This document shows, piece by piece, positions 18,963 through 26,419 of a DNA stretch of 64,000 nt (its first letter is position 1; the number at the start of each line of letters is the position of its first letter). Below the pieces are notes generated by a model. The model saw only the letters and a program-made list of their open reading frames with translations, made no database searches and was not told the DNA's origin. Source of the stretch: Acidobacteriota bacterium (lineage in GTDB: Bacteria; Acidobacteriota; UBA4820; DSQY01); assembly GCA_049967655.1 (NCBI GenBank), contig JBMFSH010000002.1, positions 112,718-176,717 on the forward strand. Direction: 5' to 3'. Both the position numbers and the translations under genes were made by a program.

Positions 18963-19040
18963 ATGGGCACGATCCTCTTCCTCATCACGGTCCTGGTCTG
19001 TTCTCCTGCCGGCGGCACTATCTGGGGCACGACGACCTGA
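18963..19040 (+). CDS. 25-aa small peptide MGTILFLITVLVCSPAGGTIWGTTT
   Basis: Below the ORF-track length cut-off. RBS AAAGGAGGTG (18949-58), upstream promoter, downstream hairpin, GC-rich third positions, and a 9/12 match to a motif in the neighbouring large protein. Confidence 0.8.
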   Translation: MGTILFLITVLVCSPAGGTIWGTTT

Positions 19041-19057
19041 ACGGCACCGGGATCCGA

Positions 19058-19093
19058 AGCCCAGGGGGGCCCAGGCCGGGTTTCCCTGGGGCT
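19058..19093. terminator. Hairpin between the convergent peptide and cyclase genes
   Basis: AGCCCAGGG-GGGCCC-aggcc-GGGTTT-CCCTGGG(G)CT stem-loop with G-U pairs on the + strand. Confidence 0.5.
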
Positions 19094-19106
19094 CTTCCCT
19101 CCCGTG

Positions 19107-22100
19107 TCATCCCGCAGGCCCCTCGGCCCGAAGCGCCCGCACCTCCGGGAGAGCGGCCAGGGCTTTTCGGATGGCTGGGTCGCTGTTTCGCGCTTCCACC
19201 TCTTTCAACAGATCCAGCGCGGCTTTCCGCCAAAAAGCGGCGCTTCTCGCCTTTCCGCTGTTCATCGCGGCTAGCCGCCGGAGCATGCGGTACCTGATTC
19301 CCATGAGGCCCCGGTCCAGTTTGGGACCATAGGGCCTCAGGAGAGCCATCAGAGAGGCAAGGTACTCTTTGTCGTTGCTGGCGATGGCGACTTGGGCCAC
19401 CGTGAGCAAGAGCGGGGCGACTTTCAAGACCGAGCGATGCTTCGCTACCTCTGGTAGGAGCCGCCGTGCGATCGCGGCAGCAACTTCATGGCGGCCTGCC
19501 TCCCATAGAGAGCGAACCAGGGTCTCCCCCACCTCGGCCGTGAGCCAGAGGGTCCCGGTCAGGGAGGCCTCCTCCAGACATCGCTCCAGGGCCTCCCTCG
19601 CATCTTCGAAGCCAGTGTCTCCCATGAGATGGAGCCAGAGAGCCCGTTGCGCGCGAAAGCCGATGGACCAGGCCTTTTCAGTGTGAACGAGCTCCGCCGC
19701 CACGACCGGGCTGCCCTCCTCCATGGCGGCAAGGGCCAGCTCTGGCCGATGCAGGTGGTTCGCCAGCGCCACGATTTCATTGAGGCAGGCGAGAGCCTCT
19801 CCCGTGTTGCCTCCCTGCACGTGAAGGCGCATGGAATCGGTCTGATTCTCCAGGGCCATTTGCAGATGCCCGCTCACAGCGTGAAGAATGCCTGAAGTAT
19901 GGAGGTTCGCGGCACAATAATGCTGCATACCGAAATGAAGCGCTGTTGCGAAAGCCAATCTGCTCGCCTCCATAGCTTCATCCCACTGGCCGAGCATGGT
20001 CTGGTAGAGAGCGCGGTTCGACAGCAGAACCACATACAACTGACGGTAGCCAAACTGTCTGGCAATTACTGTAGCTTCCTCTACCATACCGAGCGCCTTC
20101 CGGTAGCGCCCCTCCTCGAAATGAACCTGGGCAAGGTTGATCGAAAGGGAGACCAGGTTCGGCCGAAGGGCGTAGCGCTCCGCCGTCCGGCGCGCTTTCC
20201 GGTAGGCGGAAGCCGCCGCCCCGAGATTGCCCCAACCATGGTAGTGGCACATGCCTTGGTTCATCAGCGCGTACACCAAGGAGCTACCCTCAGCCAGCTT
20301 CCTAGCGAGACGCTCCGCCTGTTTGAACTGCTCCATGGCCTCGTCCATGCGGCCTGACATGGCCAACGGAACGGCCGAATCCAAGAGGATCCGGCATCGA
20401 AGCTGGTCGTCCCCCAGCTTCTTCGCTAGGCTCATGGCCCGGTCATATTCCTGGATGGACGCATTGAGCTCGCCACGGCTTCGATGACATCCTGCCACGT
20501 GCATGCGTGCATCCACGAGCTCGGGGCATAGTGTGCCGGTCTCCTGGATGATCTGGCGGCATCTGGCTTCGGTCTCGTCCAATCTTCCCAAGTCCTTGCT
20601 TGTCTTGGCGAGCTCCATTAGGCCTCGACGATACTGTTCGTCCTCGCCGGCCGAGACGCCGTGCTTCTCTCGCAGTCGGATGTATCGCTCCAATAGGTTG
20701 AACGCCGCGCCGTTGTCGTAGCGGTTGCGGGCGTCCTGGGCGGCGAGCCAGAGGTAGTGGGCGGCTTTCACGTCGTCGCCGGCGGCCTCGAAGTGGTGGG
20801 CTAGGTAGGGCCACGTCCGGCGGTCGCCGGCGGCCTGCTCCTCCAGGAAAGCGGCGACCTGGGCGTGCACGGCCCGCTTGACCGAGAAGGTGAGCGACTC
20901 GTAGAGGGCATCGCGCAGGAGCGAGTCGGAGAAGGTGGCGTAAGGGCGGCGCCCCGAGGCGTCCAGGCGCAGGAGCCCCTTCTCCGAGAGGGCCCTCACC
21001 CGCCCCTCGACGTCAAGCGCCTTCAGCCCCAGGACCCTGGCCAGCAGGCTGACGGAGAAGGAGGCGCCTAGCACGGAAGCCGTCTTCAGAAGCTGGCGCT
21101 CCTGATCGGGAAGGCCCTCGACCTGGGTCAGGAGCACGCCCTCGAGGGTGTCCGGGAAGGCCGAGGCCGTCAGGCGGTCCTCGTCCGCCTCGAGGAGCCC
21201 GGAGGGGCCCCGGGCCAGAAGACCCTGGTGGGCCAGCACGGCCAGCACCTGCTGGATGAACTTGGGGTTGCCCCGCGTCTTCTCCATGACGAAGCGGGTG
21301 AAGGCCTCGGGGGGCGCGGCCATGCCGCCGGCCCGCATCAGGAACTCGCGCGCCTCCTCCTCGCTCAGCGGTTCGAGGCGGACCGTCCGAAGGCCGGCCA
21401 CCGCCTCTCCCACCGACGCGGGGGCGCTGGTGCGAAAGGCCAGGAGAAGCTTGAGAGGGGCCTGCTCCAACTCGGCCAGAAGGGCCGCCAGGAACTCCAG
21501 CGAGGCGGGATCGGCGTGCTCCAGGTGGTCCACGAAGAGGCCGTACGGCTCCTGCGCGGCCTGACGCAGGAAGAGCCGGGCCAGCATGGCGAAGGCGGCC
21601 TCCTTGCGCTCCTTGGCAGAGAGGGCCTTGACGGCGGCCGTCTCCTCCATGGCGACACCCAGGAGGGGCGCCAGGAGGCAGAGGAAATCCGGGTCCTCGT
21701 GAGCCATCCCCTGCCGGAGGGCCTCGAGGCGCAGGGCCTCGCCGGAGGTGCGGCTCACGCCCAGAGAGGAGAAGAGCACCGGCGTCCAGGCCGAGAGGTA
21801 GCTCTCGCTGCTGTAGGGGACGAGCGGCACCGTGATGTGGCGGATTCCCGCCGCATCCAGCCCCAGCCCGAGCCGGTGCAGGAGGGCGCTCTTCCCGACC
21901 CCGGCCTCCCCCGTCACGGCCAGCGCCAGAGGCTTCGACGGATCGGCCAGGAGCGGTCCCAGCTCCTTGAGCAGCTCCTCCCGCCCCACGTACTCCGCCA
22001 AGCGCTCCTCCTCCGCCTGCCGCTCGCCCTCGGGCCTGAAGACGCGCACCCGCTCGCCGATGCCCTTGACGAAGACGGGGTCCAGCTCTCGGAAGACAAG

Positions 22101-23291
22101 CGCCCCGTCGGCCTCTGCGGCCACCTCCCTGGCGACCAGGACCCGCCAGGCGTGGGCGTTCTGCATCAGTCGGGCCGCCAGGTTGATGCCGGCGCCCATG
22201 ACCGTGTACTCCCGCCGCTCCTCGCAGCCCACGAAGGCCGCGAAGAGCCCGGAGACGGTGATCCCGATGCGGACCTCGGTGAGGAGTTCTCGCAGAGCGG
22301 CAGAGCCGACCAGCTCCAGGGCCGCCCGGCAGGCCATCTCCTCCTGGCGCTCCAGGGCGTAGGGAACGCCGAAGCAGCAGATCGCCTTGCTCCCCTTGTC
22401 GCCCATGTCCAGCTTGTTCACGTGGCCGCCGTACTTTCGAACCGTTTCGGCGATGATCCGGTAGACCCGGCGGCAGCGGTCCACCGCTTCGGAGTCGAGG
22501 TCGTAGTCGATGCCCCGGAAGGCGAGGAACAGGACCGCCGTCCGCCGGTGTTCGGCGACGGTCTGGCTGCGGCCTGTCCCAGCCCTGGCTCGGACGAAGG
22601 CTGGGAGGAAGGCTTCGAGACTCTCCCGGCTGGGTAACGGCGGGCTGGCGTTGGCGGAAGGTTCGGGAGGCCGGTGAAGCCCATCGAAGCCCGCGAGAAG
22701 CAGGAAGCCGTCGCCGGCCTCCTCCACCCGGCAGCCGATCGGGAGGCCGGCCCGGCAGGAAGGCCCCAGGAGGATCCGCCCCCGCGAGGCGCGGTGCTCC
22801 GCCTCCGCCGCCTCGTCCAGGGCCGTGCCGGCGGCGAAGTAGTCGCGTCCGACCTCCTGGTCACCCACCGTACCGATCAGGAGGGAGCCGATGGAGATGC
22901 CCGTCTTCATGGCGAGCGAGAACTCGCCCCCGCGGGTGGGAATGGACTGGAAACGGCCGATCTCCTCGTGCATCCGGAGTGCGGCCCGCAGCGCCCCCGA
23001 CAGGTCCGGAGGGAAGAATAGCGTCATCGCATCGCCACCGAATCGGAGAACGTCTCCGCCCTCCTCGTGGACGATCGCGATCATGGCCGCGAAGAAGTCG
23101 TTCAGAACGCGGGTGAGCTCCTCCGCCCCCTCCCTCCCGATGGCCGCCAGCCGCTCGGTCATGGCCGTAAAGCCGGCCAGGTCAGCGAAGAGCAGGCATC
23201 CCTCCGTCCGCTGGGCACCCCCCGTGGAGCCCAGGAGAGGCCACAGACTCCTCGGCACGAAGGCGGTCAGATCCCGTCTGAAATTGCTCAT
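19107..23291 (-). CDS. Tandem class III adenylate cyclase - STAND NTPase - TPR protein (soluble AC/ADCY10-like architecture)
   Basis: C1: LFADLAGFT..RFGGDA. C2: VNKLDMGDKG..EYTVMGAGINLAARLM. YVGREE, Walker A GEAGVGKS, Walker B FVDHLEHAD, TRGNP, then a TPR-like helical C-terminus. Confidence 0.92.
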   Translation of the reverse strand: MSNFRRDLTAFVPRSLWPLLGSTGGAQRTEGCLLFADLAGFTAMTERLAAIGREGAEELTRVLNDFFAAMIAIVHEEGGDVLRFGGDAMTLFFPPDLSGALRAALRMHEEIGRFQSIPTRGGEFSLAMKTGISIGSLLIGTVGDQEVGRDYFAAGTALDEAAEAEHRASRGRILLGPSCRAGLPIGCRVEEAGDGFLLLAGFDGLHRPPEPSANASPPLPSRESLEAFLPAFVRARAGTGRSQTVAEHRRTAVLFLAFRGIDYDLDSEAVDRCRRVYRIIAETVRKYGGHVNKLDMGDKGSKAICCFGVPYALERQEEMACRAALELVGSAALRELLTEVRIGITVSGLFAAFVGCEERREYTVMGAGINLAARLMQNAHAWRVLVAREVAAEADGALVFRELDPVFVKGIGERVRVFRPEGERQAEEERLAEYVGREELLKELGPLLADPSKPLALAVTGEAGVGKSALLHRLGLGLDAAGIRHITVPLVPYSSESYLSAWTPVLFSSLGVSRTSGEALRLEALRQGMAHEDPDFLCLLAPLLGVAMEETAAVKALSAKERKEAAFAMLARLFLRQAAQEPYGLFVDHLEHADPASLEFLAALLAELEQAPLKLLLAFRTSAPASVGEAVAGLRTVRLEPLSEEEAREFLMRAGGMAAPPEAFTRFVMEKTRGNPKFIQQVLAVLAHQGLLARGPSGLLEADEDRLTASAFPDTLEGVLLTQVEGLPDQERQLLKTASVLGASFSVSLLARVLGLKALDVEGRVRALSEKGLLRLDASGRRPYATFSDSLLRDALYESLTFSVKRAVHAQVAAFLEEQAAGDRRTWPYLAHHFEAAGDDVKAAHYLWLAAQDARNRYDNGAAFNLLERYIRLREKHGVSAGEDEQYRRGLMELAKTSKDLGRLDETEARCRQIIQETGTLCPELVDARMHVAGCHRSRGELNASIQEYDRAMSLAKKLGDDQLRCRILLDSAVPLAMSGRMDEAMEQFKQAERLARKLAEGSSLVYALMNQGMCHYHGWGNLGAAASAYRKARRTAERYALRPNLVSLSINLAQVHFEEGRYRKALGMVEEATVIARQFGYRQLYVVLLSNRALYQTMLGQWDEAMEASRLAFATALHFGMQHYCAANLHTSGILHAVSGHLQMALENQTDSMRLHVQGGNTGEALACLNEIVALANHLHRPELALAAMEEGSPVVAAELVHTEKAWSIGFRAQRALWLHLMGDTGFEDAREALERCLEEASLTGTLWLTAEVGETLVRSLWEAGRHEVAAAIARRLLPEVAKHRSVLKVAPLLLTVAQVAIASNDKEYLASLMALLRPYGPKLDRGLMGIRYRMLRRLAAMNSGKARSAAFWRKAALDLLKEVEARNSDPAIRKALAALPEVRALRAEGPAG

Positions 23292-23433
23292 GAGCGCCCC
23301 CGAAGCAGTCCTAATCAGGTTCCGACGGCCCGCGCCGCCGGCTTCAGGGCCTCAGGATGGACCAGGAAGCGCCCCACTGTCCACGGTGGTGTGCACGGGC
23401 CACGCAAAGTTGGGTGGACCTCGTGGAACCCGG

Positions 23434-24219
23434 TCAGGGATTGGGCGGCGGAGGGGATCCCGAGACCGATTGCGTGTAGGCCAGCAGGAACCGCCTGGCC
23501 TCGGGGTTCATTTCCAGAAAGACGATTCCGTAACCGGCCCTGGTCTTCCGCACCACGCGGGCCTTGAATTCCACGACCTTGAGCGGTACCGTTCCCGGCA
23601 TCCCCACGCGCAGGCTGACCATGGCCTTGTGCGGAAGCTCTTCAACCAGCGCCACTTGGGCTCCGGTCAAAGAGATGTCGCGGAGCACCCCGCGCAGCTT
23701 CTGCCCTCCGCCCGACAGCAGGCATGCGGCCTGGAGGTTGCGCCGCGGCGCCCTTCGCAGGTCCCAGCTCGCGGAGCCTTCATCGGTCTGGCTTTCTACC
23801 AAGCCCGGGGGAGGCGGCCCCGGGGGCGGCTTGCGGGGGGTTTCCGCATGGAGGTTGCCCAGGAGATGGACCAGCGAGCTTTCCAGCTGGTTCCTCCGGA
23901 CGGGCTTGGTCAGGACGATGGTGTGGCACCCCGTCGACGCCTCCACGTTCATCCCCTCTTCCGTGAGAATGAGGACGGAGAGGTCACCAAAGGCGGCCTC
24001 GGAGCGGAGCGCGCTCAGCATCCGAAAGCCCCCGACGGTGGGAAGCGAGAAGTCGATCACCAGAAGGTCGGGGGGGCCCGAGAGATACATGGCCTGGATG
24101 GCCGACATGTCGCTCGCGAAGACCTGGCAATTCAGGCGCGCGCCGCCCAGCCCCTCGAAGGGATCGGTGAAAAGCGACAACTCCGCTTCGGCCAGAACGG
24201 CCGACACTCGGTACGACAT
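23434..24219 (-). CDS. Receiver-like domain + PilZ domain protein
   Basis: PDLLVIDFSLP..GG and LTKPV (receiver-like). RRAPR and DISLTG are intact PilZ c-di-GMP-binding motifs. Confidence 0.82.
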   Translation of the reverse strand: MSYRVSAVLAEAELSLFTDPFEGLGGARLNCQVFASDMSAIQAMYLSGPPDLLVIDFSLPTVGGFRMLSALRSEAAFGDLSVLILTEEGMNVEASTGCHTIVLTKPVRRNQLESSLVHLLGNLHAETPRKPPPGPPPPGLVESQTDEGSASWDLRRAPRRNLQAACLLSGGGQKLRGVLRDISLTGAQVALVEELPHKAMVSLRVGMPGTVPLKVVEFKARVVRKTRAGYGIVFLEMNPEARRFLLAYTQSVSGSPPPPNP

Positions 24220-24346
24220 CTGTCCCCGCCCTGCTGGGCCGCCCATCTAGACGATGCGGCAACCCATCCGTTCCTTAATGCCGTCTTATTTTATCACGGG
24301 CGGCGCGGGGAGGGAACGGGACGAGGCCGGCCGGCAAAACCCGATG

Positions 24347-25105
24347 TCAGGCCGTCTGCTCGGGGGCGGGCTTCCGCCGGAAGAGGTAGGAGATGAGAAT
24401 GCCCAGGCCATAGAGCACGATGATCGGCACGGCCACGATGGTCTGGTTCACCGGGTCGCCGGAGGGGGTGATGACCGCGGCGATAATGAAGGCGATCAGG
24501 ACGGCCCACTTGAACTTCCTCAGCAAAAACCCCGGGCTGACGATGCCCAGCCGTGTCAGGAACAGGATGAGGATGGGGGTCTCGAAGGTCAGGCCGATGC
24601 CCAGAAGGAACTTCATTTCGAAGTCCCAGAAATAGGAGACCGTCACCACGTTGGTGAACCCCTCGTTGAACTGGAAGAAGAACCGGAAGGTGTAGGGCAG
24701 AACGACGTAGTAGCAGAAAGCCACGCCGGCCAGAAAGAAGAGGGAGGTTCCCAGCACGAAGGGGAGGGCCATCCGCTTCTCCCTCGATTTGAGGCCGGGA
24801 GCGATAAAGCGCCAGAGCTGGTAGAAGATCCAGGGAGCCGAGATTACAAGGCCCACCACGAAGGCCACCTTCATGTAGAGGAAGAAGACCTCCGTGATCT
24901 CCGTATAGGCTAGGCTCTGCTGGCCCTTGGGCAGGTATTTGAAGTAGGGGGCTACCAGAAACTTCATGATCTTGTCCAGGAACAGGGTGGCCACCCCGAA
25001 GGCTACGACCAATCCGACGAGTGCGAAGTAGATGCGCCGCCGGAGCTCCTCGAAGTGCTCGAGGAAGCTCATCTCTCCCGTTCCTTGACTCCCCTTCCTG
25101 GCCAT
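24347..25105 (-). CDS. tatC: Twin-arginine translocase subunit TatC
   Basis: EMSFLEHFEELRRR, YQLWRFIAPGL, FETP and ITPSGDP motifs. Confidence 0.97.
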   Translation of the reverse strand: MARKGSQGTGEMSFLEHFEELRRRIYFALVGLVVAFGVATLFLDKIMKFLVAPYFKYLPKGQQSLAYTEITEVFFLYMKVAFVVGLVISAPWIFYQLWRFIAPGLKSREKRMALPFVLGTSLFFLAGVAFCYYVVLPYTFRFFFQFNEGFTNVVTVSYFWDFEMKFLLGIGLTFETPILILFLTRLGIVSPGFLLRKFKWAVLIAFIIAAVITPSGDPVNQTIVAVPIIVLYGLGILISYLFRRKPAPEQTA

Positions 25106-25518
25106 CAGCGTGGCTCCGCCGGCGGGGGCGGTTCGTTACGGCGCTCCAGTTCGCCAGTACCGGGCGAGGGGGACTGCGGCGGCGCCACCGGCGGTTGGGA
25201 GCCGGTTGCGGGGAGGGCATCGCGCCGCTCCTGATCCGCGGGAGAGGAGACCGGAGCGGTCGCCGTTTCGGCGGGCGGCCGATAGGAGGGCGCGGGAAGG
25301 GCGCCGCTGGGACGCTCGGCGGGCGGCTCCACCGTGGCCGTGCGCTTGATGTCCTCCACCTCCCGCTCGATGGTCTCCTGCAACTCCTGTGTGGCGCGCT
25401 TGAACTCGCGTATGGCCCGTCCCAGTGACTTGCCCAGCTCGGGAAGCTTCTGGGGCCCGAAGAGGAGGAGGGCAACGACCAGGATGAGTAGGAGTTCGCC
25501 GGAGCCGATGTCAAACAT
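25105..25518 (-). CDS. tatB: TatA/TatB family subunit (long tail, TatB-like)
   Basis: [40 protein letters not shown]. Directly upstream of tatC. Confidence 0.85.
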   Translation of the reverse strand: MFDIGSGELLLILVVALLLFGPQKLPELGKSLGRAIREFKRATQELQETIEREVEDIKRTATVEPPAERPSGALPAPSYRPPAETATAPVSSPADQERRDALPATGSQPPVAPPQSPSPGTGELERRNEPPPPAEPR

Positions 25519-26338
25519 GGCGTTCCTCCAGAGGTCCATGGCTCAAGCTTCCGGAGCGGAAGCCCTCCAGGTCCAGCGTGATGAAGCGAAATCCCAACTC
25601 CTTCATGTGGCGGCAGAGGGCCGCCCTGAAAGCCGGTTCCAGGAGCTGGTTCATCCCCTCTTCTTCCACCTCGATACGGGCCGCGTCGTCCAGCAGGCGG
25701 ACGCGAGCCTGGCGCAATCCGTGGGCCTTCAGAAACTGCTCGGCCCTCTCCACGCGCGACAGGTCCCCCAAAAGGATGGGCCGGCCCGCCGGGAATCGCG
25801 AGGAGAGGCACGCCGCAGCCGGCTTGTCCCAGGTCTCCAGTCCGAGCTGTTTGGATCGCTCCCGCACCTCCGCCTTGGTGAGGCCCGCCTCCATGAGCGG
25901 TGCCCGCATCCCCCGCTCCTCGGCGGCCTTCATGCCGGGCCTCCAGTCCCCCACGTCGTCGGCGATGGCCCCGAACAGGAGCCAGCTCAACCCCTGCCCC
26001 GACGCCAGCTCCTCCATCCGGGCAAAGAGTTCGCTCTTGCAGTGGTAGCATCGGAAGGTGTCGTTGGCCACGAAGGCGGGATTGTCCATCTCCCGGGTTT
26101 GGACCACCTGATGCCGGATCCCCCGCCGCCGGGCGAAGACAACGGCGGCCTCCAGCTCGTCGCGGGGAAGGGTGGGCGAGTCGGCCGTGACGCCCATGCA
26201 ACGCTCACCCAGGACGCCGGCGGCCTCCACGAGGAGCAGGGCCGAATCGGCGCCACCGGAAAAGGCCACGAGCGCCCCCTCCCTGAACTGCTCCAGGATC
26301 GCGCGAAGCCGGGCCACCTTCTCTTCCAGCGCATTCAC
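25511..26338 (-). CDS. larE: ATP-dependent sacrificial sulfur transferase LarE family
   Basis: PP-loop [31 protein letters not shown] and DLEGFRSGS motifs. GTG start inferred. Confidence 0.88.
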   Translation of the reverse strand: MNALEEKVARLRAILEQFREGALVAFSGGADSALLLVEAAGVLGERCMGVTADSPTLPRDELEAAVVFARRRGIRHQVVQTREMDNPAFVANDTFRCYHCKSELFARMEELASGQGLSWLLFGAIADDVGDWRPGMKAAEERGMRAPLMEAGLTKAEVRERSKQLGLETWDKPAAACLSSRFPAGRPILLGDLSRVERAEQFLKAHGLRQARVRLLDDAARIEVEEEGMNQLLEPAFRAALCRHMKELGFRFITLDLEGFRSGSLSHGPLEERHV

Positions 26339-26419
26339 GGGGGGCTCACCTCGATTCTCCAGACAGTTGTCCACTGTAGTCCAGATGAGGCGGGAGGACA
26401 ACGCTTGCCCGCCCAAAGC

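Noticed and set aside
18946..19332. ORF-track calls 18946-19332 and 18956-19297
   Set aside because: Non-ATG starts lie in or before the RBS, the products are low-complexity and they overlap the cyclase gene. The RBS is positioned for ATG 18963.
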